DNA of 64,000 nucleotides from Yuukianura sp. NJ FZ-2021 (GCA_046563655.1 CM102285.1:1054001-1118000); one strand, 5' to 3'. Counted from the stretch's first letter, positions 51,358 to 63,362 are shown. Translations and numbers: made by a program. Notes: a model not told the origin generated them from the sequence alone.

Positions 51358-52734
51358 TTAACTTTTTCTTCTGTAAATCAAATCGAGTAGTTCTTTAACT
51401 GGTTTGCGCAGTGGTTCTGGCTGAATCACTTGAATTCTTTTTAAAATCCGATCGTACTCCTTCACTTCAAACCTTTGAAAAACACGCTTCATGTTCAGCG
51501 TCTTGTAAATCGCTTGCACTTTTTCGACATTTCCTTCTTTGGGTGATCCGTAGCTCTCTTGCAGAATGGCTTTCTGTTCCAGTGTGGCTCTCTCCAGTGC
51601 TTCCACGATCATCCAACTGCACTTTCCATCCAGGATGTCCGTCCCCACCTTCCCAGTGACCTTGGGATCACCGTAAAGATCCAAATAGTCGTCCTGGATT
51701 TGGAACAACCGACCAATATCCACCAAAACGTCCTTCACCTTCTCATAAGTCCCTGTGTCGCTTACTCCACCCTGCAACAACAAGAAGGGAAAATGTTGAA
51801 CAACGCCGTAAAAGTTAAAACTTAAAATGTTAAGAGTCAGAAACCTAAAATTTAAGAGTTACAAAGTTGAAAACGGGAGTTAAAACAGTTTTCACTTACG
51901 AGTATCATGCCGATGGCGACTGGGCAGCAGAAGGAGTAGATGCTAGTTTTGTATTTGACCAAGGTGTCGTATGTAGAACGAGTGAATCTGGAAGTTAGTT
52001 AAAAAAAGTTGACCTTTGACCTTTGACCTTTGACCTTTGACCAGTAAAACTAACCTGGAAATGTCAGGGATGATGCTGAATCGAGTGTCCAATGCTTGGC
52101 CAAGAATGGTGACGATCACCGTGTCCTGACACAAGACCATAAAACTTTCGTAGAATTCCGTGTCAAAGAAATACTTGCGAATCATGCGCCACGCAATATT
52201 CTGCAGCATCAAAACGTCGTTGATTGCTGACATGCCGACGTCTGCACGCATGTACCACGCCGGTTTCCCTCGGCGAACTGTGGATCCATCCATGATATCA
52301 TCAGCCATGAGGGCAGAGGTGTGAAACTTTAGAATTTCAAAAAAAAAAACTTCAAAATGTCCATTTGGTTCAAAATTTCGAAAAAGTTAAAGACTTGAAC
52401 TCACAATTTCTGCAATCCAACCGGCTACAGATACCAGAAAATCCATGTCGGGTGTACGCTCTTTGGCTAGACTTCTGTATACAACCGTGATTGCAATAGC
52501 TCTGATCCAAAAATTTCAAAAAATTTTAAAAATTTTGAAAAATTTCAATTTTTTTTTGAAAACGAACCTGCTTTGTTTTCCAAACGGAACGTTCAACTCC
52601 ATCACAGTTTCCAACCAGCCCATGATTGCTCCTAATTCAGATAATTGTTCGTCTGTTTTCAAATCAACTAAAATCTTTTTCCAAACCACCATCAACTCCT
52701 TCCGCATAGCGTCGGTATCCGTGAAATTACTCAT
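51358..52734 (-). CDS. FPPS-like trans-isoprenyl diphosphate synthase, copy 2 (tandem duplicate)
   Basis: Same exon structure and near-identical protein; HTSALMADDIMD, QIQDDYLD. Confidence 0.92.
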
Positions 52735-54093
52735 GTTGTTTTTTTTTCAAAATTGAAATTTCAAAAAAAAAATTTTGTTTGGTCGAGGAAGTTATAGTAA
52801 ACACGTAATGTAAGGCTTGTTGAGCAGGACTGAAGCGTGCGATTGAACCGAGATCCAGTTTTATTTCGCATGGTTCATGGTTAACCTCCTAAATTGCTGA
52901 GGAATCCCACGAAATTCAAACGCCAGCGTGATCCCCAGTACTTAATACGATTGTTGACTACTGGAATAAATAACGCATTCACTCGCGAAGGAATCCCCCA
53001 TATCTTCTTGAAAATCTCAGAAGTTTTGCTGCATGCTTAAATTGCCACTTCCAATGGATGTCCACTGGATGAAATGTGTTCCAAATGGACGAAAGTGTAA
53101 GTGGATGGAAGAAATAAAAGCTTTAGTGCGAAACTACAAATTTAAAATTCCCAAATAACATCAAAAAGCTTTTCTCTCATCGCACGTATAATTATTCAAA
53201 ACGTATTCAAAAACGATATATATTGAGTTTACAAACAACCAAAAGTGAGTAAAATTTAGTAACTAAAAAAGTACACCCAAAAATCAGTTCAGTAGTCTTT
53301 CCAACGTAAGAAATGTACAAATACAAAACAGTGGCAATTGCAAAACACTGGGATTAGCAAATTACCTGACATGGAGGTGCAATTGACATTGCAAAATGTC
53401 CCATTTGCTATTTCATGTTTCATTTTATCAATTTACCGCCAAGCTGAGCATGGGAGGGATCTGTTTTGTTTACATTCATGTTGTCAAAAATGGCGTATAA
53501 AGGAAAATATACTATGTATTTGGAAAATTACGGTAATACGGTTCAAGTTTTGCATTTCTCAATTGCCATTGTTTTGTACTTTGTACAATTTCTTAAGTTG
53601 GAGAGACTACTGTAATTTGTTTAATTTCGCAACTGAAAAGAAGGGAACACCAATGAAATAACGTGAGTTGCAAAAATTCCAGCATAAAAAGCTCCGCTCA
53701 TGTGGATTAATCCATTTCGTCCATTTCTTCCACTGGATATTCAGCCGTGGATGAAATGGCGAAACAGTGGATTATCCAAAAACAAATCGCACGTAAACAA
53801 CAAGTTTTTATAAACACGAAAAATTCTCTCCAAACTTTTTATTTTCAATGGAGCTCACTTTTTTGCTTTAGTAAAATAACATATAATTAAAATCCTAACC
53901 TAAGCAATCTGACAAAAATCTGCGTGTTAGAAGCAAAGAGAAGCTATTTTCCTTGAGATGCGCAAACGAGACCCGCCTTTGCTTGAGTTCTGTTGCGTCT
54001 GTGCAGTTTTTGTATTCGCTATTCGCAGCGGCAACTGCCATTGTTAGTGGATGTGTTTCTTCTTTCAAAATCAAAAAGTCAGGATTAGGCGTC

Positions 54094-54186
54094 GATCCAA
54101 ATAGTCGTCTGGATTTGGAACAACCGACCAATGTCTACCAACACGTCCTTCACTTTCTCATATGTCGCTGCGTCGCTCACTCCACC
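54094..54186 (-). pseudogene. Fragment of a third FPPS-like copy (start of last exon plus preceding intron repeats)
   Basis: Matches 48931-49024 with a 1-bp deletion at QDD; AAAAGTT intron repeats follow at ~54220-54300. Confidence 0.85.
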
Positions 54187-55391
54187 CTGGAACAAAAAAG
54201 AAAGGGAAATGATGAACAAAAAAAAGTTAAAAGTTGAAAAGCTAAAAAAGTTAAACAGAGTTAAGTCGAAACTTGGAATTTAAAAGTTAAATAGTTGAAA
54301 GATGATTTACAGTTAAGGTTGTTTTGTATATGGTTTGTTCAGACAAACCATAACCCAATATGCATTTTCTTCATAAGTTTAAGTTGATACGAAGAAGTGA
54401 AGAAGCTCTCACTTCTTTTTGATTGGTAAATTCGATTAATTAAAACAAATAATCATTTACATCAACTATCGATTCATTTTTGGCTACTCAATATTTGATT
54501 AACGGATTCGAACAGGCTGTTGAGTAGTCCATTTAGACAAGTTATCGATAATACAATAGCCATTATAATGAACTTTTTTGCAAACCGAAATATTTCAATC
54601 GTGTTCCCTTCATAGTTGCGAAATCAAACAAATAACTGGTTTTTGGTTGCACTCTTTTAGCTGGGTCTCGTACATCTGAAAATCTTTTTGGGGTACAAAT
54701 TATTGTGGTCGAAAGATATTACAGCTCGTATTCTTACTACTTTTATGTTATATGTTGGACAGTCAACAACAATCATAGTTTTTCAATTGCAACATAAAGT
54801 AATATATATGCAGATTTTTGAATATGCAGAAGATATGCAGAAAAAAATTTGCGCGGTAATTCAAAATTCACGAAACCTACCATGAAACTAACGTATGCTC
54901 GAACATAACTCCAAAAGAAGCACATAAAAACTTACATCGGTTTAAAACGTAAACCATTTGGCTCAAAACAAATTGGTTAAAAAATGTTAGTTCAGCGGTT
55001 GCATTTTTGTTTCTGGGGTCAGGCAACTTTTTCTGAAATTTTTCTAAGTTTTTTTTTCTTCGCCAAAAAATTAGTTTTAGGAAGTTGTCTTAGACAAAAA
55101 GCAAATAAGCTAACGTTAAACACTATTGGTTTTCCATTTTTTGTGTTAATTAAAAACCCATCTGACGTCATTTAAAAAAAAAACAAAAATTTGATTAAAC
55201 TTGATTAATTCCGAATTTTTGTTTTATAGGTTGTCGAGTTCGTGTGGGAGAAAGAAAAATTCTCTTCTCGCGTAATAGTGGCAGAGACGAATGGGATTTT
55301 TTTTTGCTTTAACGTAAATCTATATAAAGCATGCATCAATATATGCAGATTCAAATAAGACGAACAGTAGTTGGTTTAACTGTCTAACATT

Positions 55392-55940
55392 ATATGTTTG
55401 ACTCAATTGTTTAGGGGTATTCCTACAGTTATCCTAGACATCCTAGGATTTCTACTGTAAATTTTTTGTAGCAGTACCAATTTTGGTTTACCGACAAATT
55501 TTAGCTCGGACCCAGCCCCCTGCAAATGGCGCCCATAGCAACCAACGCAATTTTTGTTTGTGACGTCACCCGCTGAAAAAATACCGTAATCGTCAAATTG
55601 GAACCCGCTGGCATTTATGTAAACAAGATGTGTCTTACGGGTTTCTATAGGACACCACCAATAATTGGCAGAATTCCGGTATTTTCAGCGGGTGACGACT
55701 TTTTTTTTTCCACATGGCAACCAAACAAACTTTCCATTCGCACTACCTAGTAGTATTCTATTTACCTTGGCTCGGACCTAGTTTTGTTAAAAACTTTACA
55801 AAAGGGCAAAATTTTTACCCCCACAAAGGCAATACTTCCTTAGCTTCAAACGCCGCGAAGCATATAATAGCCTCCTCTGGTTTAAACGTTCTGGAAAATT
55901 GAACGTTGATTTAGTAAGATACAAATTCCGAACCGAACTT
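55392..55940 (+). pseudogene. 5' fragment of WS/DGAT-like gene (duplicate of 61114-61392), disrupted
   Basis: Clear nucleotide match; ATG changed to ATA, in-frame TAA, indels and a 257-bp insertion; upstream ~54750-55390 matches ~60248-61113. Confidence 0.88.
55513..55769 (+). mobile_element. 257-bp element with 9-bp TSD and no terminal inverted repeats, copy A
   Basis: TSD GCTCGGACC at 55504-55512 and 55770-55778; reverse-complement copy at 60302-60556. Confidence 0.85.
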
Positions 55941-56053
55941 TAGATTTGACATTTCTGGAAAAGGCTGCCCAAACCTCGAGAGTACACCAAAAATTTATTT
56001 ACAAAAATTTAAATTTTCGGAAAACCTAAAACTTTTGAACACACAAAAAAAAG

Positions 56054-57793
56054 ATGAGCAACACTAAAACTACGGAGTGTGTGCCGCGGAAAAGGTGAGC
56101 TTTTTTTAAACTACAGATAATACATATTTCTAACCATAATTTTTTGAACTTTGGTTTCGGAGCTCTATTTGCAGTTTGTGTGTACAAAATTTTCCAAAAA
56201 AAAAATGTTTCTAGATTAATTGAATTTGCTCCGCTTTGGATTCCTTTGTCAAGGCGCTTGGAAACTGTAATGAAAATAGTTTATGTAATTTAAAACTATA
56301 TATTTATATAAATTTATTATAATAATTATTACAACTAATTCCAGTTTGGCGTTGCGTGGTTGCCGTTAATTTGGTTTCTTCCTGTTCTTGGTCCTCTTCT
56401 GCTTATTTACGTACTACTGTACACCAGCTACTGGTGTTTCGGACTTGCCTACATCATTTGGATGATTTATGATAGTAACATTGCGAAACTGGGTGGACGG
56501 AAGTACAAAACATTTTTAAAATTTTGAATTTTTTTTTTGAAAAAGGTAAAAAAAATTTTTTTTTTGTTTGAAAGGTTTTACTTTTTGCGGAACTTGATAC
56601 TGTGGAAATGGTACTGCAATTACTTTCCAATTCGGTTAGTGAAAACGGCGGAATTAGACCCATCCAGGAACTACGTCCTGACGTGCCACCCCCATGGAAT
56701 GTTTTGTTCCGGCAAGAGCACCTTTTTTTTTTGAAAATCTTGTAAAATTTTGAAATTTTTGGGACCTAACCTAATTTCTGTAAAATGTAAAAGGTATGCA
56801 CGGAAATTTTTCTTCCGAGGGTACCAACGTCAGTCAAGTTTTCCCTGGAATCAAAATAACCTTTCTAGCGCTTGACTTATTTTTTCGAATTCCAGTATTT
56901 CGTGATGTCGTACTAGCGTGTGGTACCATTAAATTTCAAGTTCAAATCAAATCTTAATATAAAGATAACTTTTGAAATTCACTATTTGCAGGTGGATGTT
57001 CCGTATCGCGGGAAGGTATAAATTTTCTGTTGAGTAAAAACGGCGTCGGAAATGGTGTGTTAATTGTACCTGGGGGAGCTCGTGAAAGTTAGTAACTGCA
57101 ACTTTGAAAAAATCTTCTAAAACCTTTTCCAAAATTTTGTTTTCTAAGATATTTAAAAATTCTAAGACTACCTACGACTTTTTTAAACTTAAGTTTTGTA
57201 ACATGTCTATGTAGTGCTTTACTCTTCTCCCGGAACAGACATCGTTTACCTGAAAAAACGAAAAGGATTTATCAAGGTCGCTATTCAACATGGGTACGTT
57301 AGCCAAATGAAAGTTTTTGAAAATTTGAACATTCTAAAAGTTCCTGCAAGACCCAAAATCAAAATCTTGAATTTCAGAGCTCCACTAGTACCAATTTACA
57401 GTTTTGGTGAAACCGACATTTACTCCCAACCGCATAACCCGAAGAGATCTTGGCTTAGGAATTTCCAGGATAAATGCACAGATCTGTTCGGGGGAGCGCC
57501 ACCTTTGGTTTTAGGCAGAGGAATTTTTCAGTATTCATTTGGATTTCTTCCAAGACGTTGTCCAATTACTTCAGTCGGTAGGATTTTCGGAAAATATAAT
57601 CAAAATTTTGAAAAATCATATTCAAAATTTCCATTTTTCAGTCGGTGCACCAATCCCTGTGGAGCTGCAAGCCAATCCGAACCAAGAATATATTGACGAA
57701 GTTCATGCCAAGTACATGTCTGCACTCACAGATTTGTTCTACGCCTATCGTGGCAAATACGGCCATGCAGACTCAGAGCTCGTCATCATTTGA
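56054..57793 (+). CDS. DGAT2/MOGAT-family acyltransferase, multi-exon
   Basis: [74 protein letters not shown]; one GC-AG intron at ~56712. Confidence 0.92.
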
Positions 57794-58162
57794 AGTTTCT
57801 AATTTTAAATTTGACGTTTTGTTCAAACTAGAGCTTATTCTTAAAATGTATACCATCAAATCAATTTGAAGCAAGCTCGAAGCGCTATCTCTTGATAGAT
57901 TGTCTAAGTGTGACTAAAAAAAGCAGCGATTTACATTTTCAAAGTTCTGTTTAAACTTGCTCGTTATTTTTGTCGTAAAACTATGCATGTGCGGACAAAT
58001 TTCCGCAAAATAAATATTAGAACGTGAGCAAAAATTTCATAAAAAAAAGATAAATTTTCAAAAAAATTATCAATATAAAATTTAAAAAAACAACCTTCTA
58101 CACCATTATGTTTTCACGCAATATCTCTTCCCAATATATCTCAGAGATATCTAATAGGTTGT

Positions 58163-59130
58163 GAAAAGGTTGCAAGACGCACTACTCTGCATCCAAAGCC
58201 ATTTGGCAGCAAACCGACAACCGGCGACAAACTTTCAAAATGGCACTACGAAAACCTTGTGCAAAAAGATGGGTTCCGAACTGAATCGTACCGTCGGCGT
58301 ATTGACTGGAAGGACTGCAAATACAATTCAGACCTTTACTATCACTTATATGCATCAGAAAAGGAACTTGAATTGCGACGGTCAGAAGAAAGCTACTACT
58401 TGTACAGAATTGCTTCGTTGATTGGCACAACGTCGTTTTCCCTCCAAAAAATGTTTCACTCAAACTGTATGACGCTCACGATGGATCCATATACCAAAAA
58501 TTTGTCGCTTATGCTAGATTCACATTACAAAGCAACTCGCAGACTTTATGCTAGTTGCATGTTGTCACAGTTTTCTGCTTTTTGCGAGTTGCGTGTTCAC
58601 ACTGGGCCTTTTCTCGAGGCCCGAATGATAAGGAAAGTCGCGGGCAGACGGTTCAAAGGACGCACATCAAAAGTCGCCTTCATATGTGAACGCTTTCACT
58701 TCGGGAATAGGGGAAGACATGCAGTTTCTGCCTTTCAGCTTCGTTTGACGAAGCTCACAAAATCTTGTCTGCGCAACCCTTTTGGAGCAGATTTTCTGCC
58801 GCAGTTTTGTGAGTGTGAACAGCAGCCACAACTCCTTTCGGCAGAAAAAGCTGCCCGCAACTTTTGATAAAATTTTCTGCACATTCCAATCTCTAGTGTG
58901 AACGCGCATCAGCAAAGACCACCCAGAATTCGAGCAGAAATCTGCGAGTTGCGGTGTGATGTGAATCCAGGATTATGTCAACAACAGTCAATGTCACGCT
59001 GACGTCAGTCTCAATGTTGTCCGTGGATATCGTAAACGGTAATGGAATGCGAAAGGGCTTTGACATAACCAACCGAATGTTCCTTTGGCATGGAACAAAA
59101 CGCAGAAACATAGCGAAAATACTGAATTCA
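58163..59130 (+). pseudogene. PARP/ART catalytic-domain-like pseudogene fragment interrupted by a MITE
   Basis: Removing 58512-58972 plus one TTA joins ORF 58259 to ORF 58975 in frame, giving NRMFLWHGTKRRNIAKIL (PARP HG motif); truncated after ~59130. Confidence 0.6.
58512..58972. mobile_element. PIF/Harbinger (Tourist-like) MITE, 461 bp
   Basis: TIRs TGCTAGATTCACATTACAAAGCAACTCGCAGA / TCCTGGATTCACATCACACCGCAACTCGCAGA; TTA TSD at 58509-58511 and 58973-58975. Confidence 0.82.
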
Positions 59131-59144
59131 CAAACTTTTTATTC

Positions 59145-60133
59145 ACGAGTTTTAGTAAACACTAAATGTACATAGTGTTGAATAGGACTGTAGCCTCCGG
59201 TTGAATTGCGGTCCAGCTTTATTGCGCATGGCCCTTGGTCAACCTCTTAATGTTCGGGAAATGAATCCCACGAAATTCAAACCACTGGCGCAGGCTCGCC
59301 TGACCTAAAGTCTCCTCAACAAAACATTCAAAAAGGAAGTGGGAAAATGACTCGCAAATATTTCACCTAGCACAATGAGAATCACAAGTGTTGCTGCAAG
59401 CTTTAACCTCCAGTGGCTTCACCGCGACTTCCAATGGACATCCACTGGAAGAAATGTGCCCTCAAATGGACAAAACTGTTAGTGGATAGAAGACATAAAA
59501 GATGTAACGGGAAATTCAAAAAAAAACATTCATTTAAAAAATATCAATTTAAAATTACTAAATGATATCAAAAAATCTTTCTTTCACCGTGAACATTAAC
59601 TAATTATTTAAAACTTATTTAAAAACGTATATATTTCGTTTTTTAATATATTTTCATTCTTCTCAGCCGATTGTATTTAAATAATTTATTGTCCGCGGGC
59701 AAAGCTCTGCTTCTTTGGATTCATCTGTTGGTCCTATTTCTTTTACTGTACACCCAACTGAGGATGAAATGTCGTAAAAGTGGATATCCAGCAACATTGA
59801 AAATCACACATACGTAAGTTTGGTAAAAAAAAAAAGGAAAAAAAAACTCTCCTAAATTTTATCTTCATTGCATCTCATTTTCTACAACGAAAAAATGACT
59901 GCCCCGCGTGCGCAGGTACACAGTTGGTAAGATAAATTTTAGATAACAAAGTTAAACAAGGTTGCTATAGCAACGGAATTGTTTTGCTTTAATGTTGAAG
60001 AAAAACTATTTTATTGTTTACAAACCTTGAAAGTTGAAAGTTGACGTAATTTGAAGGAAAAAGTTCTTGCGACAGCAGGAAAAGACGTAAACTACCCCGT
60101 CACTTCCCTCGAACGTCAGAATTCACACAAACC
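59145..60133 (-). repeat. Orphan third copy of the FPPS-like gene upstream region
   Basis: TAGTAAACAC..CCAGCTTTATTGCGCATGG..GGTCAACCTCTTAATG..AATCCCACGAAATTC matches 50250-50400 and 52785-52930; CCCCGTCACTTCC block matches ~50625. Confidence 0.8.
59961..59974. promoter_or_regulatory. Perfect palindromic X-box (RFX-type site)
   Basis: GTTGCTATAGCAAC. Confidence 0.4.
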
Positions 60134-60301
60134 TAGTCCATTCAAGTTCGCACAATTTAAAATAGTTCGAGCTCCGAATGTTGGCGAAACCAAGTTTCGT
60201 AAGTTTGAGCCCGTTCAAACTTCGAACTCAATATATCAATACATCAATATGTTGGACAGTCAACAACAATCATACGTTTTTATTCTACCATAAGGTATAT
60301 G

Positions 60302-60556
60302 CAAGGTAAATAGAATACTACTAGGTAGTGCGAATGGACACTTTGTTTGGTTGCCATTTGAAAAAAAAATGACGTCACTCGCTGAAAAATACCGGAATTC
60401 TGCCCATTAATGATCGTATCCTATAGAAACCCGTAGACACATCTTGTTTACATAAATGCCAACGGGTTCCAATTTCACGATTACGGTATTTCTCAGCGGG
60501 TGTCGTCACAAACAAAAATTGCGTTGGTTGCTATGGGCGCCATTTGCAGGGGGCTG
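60302..60556 (-). mobile_element. 255-bp element with 9-bp TSD, copy B
   Basis: TSD AGGTATATG at 60293-60301 and 60557-60565; inverted relative to copy A. Confidence 0.85.
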
Positions 60557-61113
60557 AGGTATATGCAGGTTTTCAAAAACTTTCGCGGTAATTCAATATT
60601 CATAAGTTTCCTCCCATGAAACCAACGTATGCGCAAACATAGGTCCAAAAGAAGCTCACAAATACTTACATCGGCTTAAAATGTAAACCAATTGGTTCAA
60701 GACAAAATGGTTAAAAAATGTTAGTTTAGCTGTTGCATTTTTGTTGGGGTCAGGCAACTTTTTCTGAAATTTTTCTAAGTTTTTTTTTCGCCAAATTAGT
60801 TTTAAGAAGTTGTCTTGGTAGACGAAAAGCTAAAATCGAACGTTAAACACATGTGTTTTCCACATTTTTTGTTAATTAAAAACCTAACTGACGTCATTTA
60901 AAAAAAAACAAGAATTTTAACTTGATTAATTTTGAATTTTCGTTTTATAGTTTGTCGAATTCCTGTGGGAGAAAGAAAAATTTCCTTCTCTCGTAATAGC
61001 GTCAGAGAAGTATGGCAATTTTTTTTTGCTTTAACGTAAATCTATATAAAGCATGCATCAATATATGAAGATTCAAATAAGACCAATAATTGGTTTGTTA
61101 ACTGTCTTTCATT

Positions 61114-62804
61114 ATGTGTCTGAATCACTTTTTTAGGAGTATTCTAACAGTTATCCTAGGCATACTAGGATTTCTACTGTTAATTTTTGTAGCAGTACCA
61201 ATTTTGGTTTACCGACAAATTTTAGCCAATGTCGCACCTTGTTTTGTGAAAAACTTAGGCAAAATTTTACCCCCACAAAGCCAATACTTCCTTAGTTTCA
61301 AACGCCGCGAAACATATAATATCCTCATCTGGTTTAAACTTTCTGGAAAATTGAACGTTGATTTAGTAAGAGACAAATTCCGAACCGAACTTCTTTTCGT
61401 CCGGAATGACTCGGGTGACTTCGTTTATTCCGAATTGCAGCAATATCCAACTATGTTTGGTGGATATGCCTTCTGGAAGTGGGAGGAGTCATTCGACCTG
61501 GACAAACACATTCACCACATGACTTTGGACCAAGAGGCTGACGCTCATGCGCAGTTTGAGCGGATGCTCCAGACTCCTCTTCCTGAAAAAATGAGTCCGT
61601 GGGAAACGACATTTTTGGAGTTTGGCGATAACCCAGATTGTCATTTCATTTGTTTCAAATTTCACCACAGTTTGTGTGATGGTGAAGCAATTTTTGATGC
61701 TCTGATGCGTATGACGGACTCAGAGCCTCATCGACTACAGTTTCCAAAAGAACCACGAGGTTCATGTTTTGGTTTTTTCTGCACCATTTTTTATTTCATC
61801 AGTTCATATTTCAATAAAATTTACGATTTCACTGACACAGCGCCAATGATTTTCGACGGTTCAAATCTTACCGGAGTAAGACGTTTTCCAATGTCAAGGT
61901 CATTTTACCTGCGTCAAGCGAAACAGTTGAGGTCAAAGGTCACCGTGTCCGTGTCCATGACGATGCTGGGAGTTCTCACAGGAGCCATTCGAAGAAAACT
62001 TGAAAATGAGGGAAAGTCAATTCCAAAGCTCATGCGCTGCCTGATTCCAATTTCGGCGCCAAGCCACCCGAAAAAATTGACGAACAAAGTGTACCTAAGT
62101 TCAAATTCTGATACAAAATTTGAAACTTTATTTTTTATTGTAACTTTAAATATTTTATCACACTTTTATTTTTTAGGTTGATGGTTGACTTGGCGCTACC
62201 AGTTGACGCTGCGAGTGGGTACCAACGTTTGGCGTTGCTCGAACGCCAAGCACAGAAGGAACGCATTGTCAAGTCGAGTTTGGTGACATATTTGTTATTT
62301 CTTCTGAATGCTTCCATGCCAAAATGCTGGATGGTTCCAGTTCTTCCAGTAAACACAATACTTGCAAGTATATTTCCCGGACCAACAGAGCAATTTTATG
62401 TTGGTGGAAACCCTGTGGAGGATATGGCGTACGCTTTGAATGGTGGAACTCATGGTACATATTTTTATAATGCATGCATTTTTATTAAAGCATCTAACCT
62501 AAAATAGTAAAAGGGTTAGGTTATGTAATTATTATGTATATATATAGTGTCATGTCTAAGCGATATAACAACAATATATAACATGTACCAGAATATATAT
62601 AACTAGAGCATATCTAAAGAATCAGAAATACTTTGTTTAATAGCACTGATTGTGAACATTTGTTCGTACAATGGAAACTTTCGATACTGGCTGGGAGTCG
62701 ATGCTAAAATTTCCTCAACAGAACAAAACGCAGAGGAATTTGTTCAATACCTTGGCGATGAACTTCATGAGCTAATCAAATCAGAGTCTAATGTGACTGT
62801 TTAA
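61114..62804 (+). CDS. Wax-ester synthase/DGAT-like (HHxxxDG) O-acyltransferase, 3 exons
   Basis: N-terminal TM segment, FDLDKHIH, PEKMSPWE, FKFHHSLCDG, LTNK, SIFPGP; last exon 62644-62804 (..ICSYNGNFR..). Confidence 0.82.
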
Positions 62805-63362
62805 CTTTCATGAAACAAATCATGATTATTAATAAATTAATTAATTCATTAAAGATAAATTAACTCAAAACAACATGGGACAAAAAAACTCAACCTAAAA
62901 TGTTTTTTGAATCAAGTTCTTGAAACAATTTTGAACTAAATGGCTTTCTTCCTTTCCATGTTGCGGCATAAATAAAAACTAGTGTTGGTGGATGCTTAAA
63001 CGTCCAGTGAATTAATTGCCACTTCCACTGGATATACACTGGAAGAAATGCACCCGAAATTGGTGAAACTTTTAACGAATAGAAGAAATTAAGAGTTTAT
63101 CGCGAAATTCAAAAAAATTCAAATTGAAAATTACAAAATGATATGCAAAGAGTTTCTTTCATCATTAAAATTAATTATTTTTTTTAAAAGTCATATAAAA
63201 ACGATATTTCCTTCGTTTTTGTACGGTATTTTGAATTCGTTTAAGCTTTATGTATTTAATTAATTCAAACCCCGCGGGCAAAGCTCCGCCCCCTTCGGTT
63301 CATCCATTTCGTCCATTTCTTCTACTGGATATCCAGCCGTGGATGAAATGTCGGAAAAGTAA

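Noticed and set aside
58259-59111. Convergent ORFs sharing LDSHxxATRR and RVHT..KVAG, suggesting paralogous proteins
   Set aside because: The shared peptides are translations of the two inverted arms of the Harbinger-type MITE.
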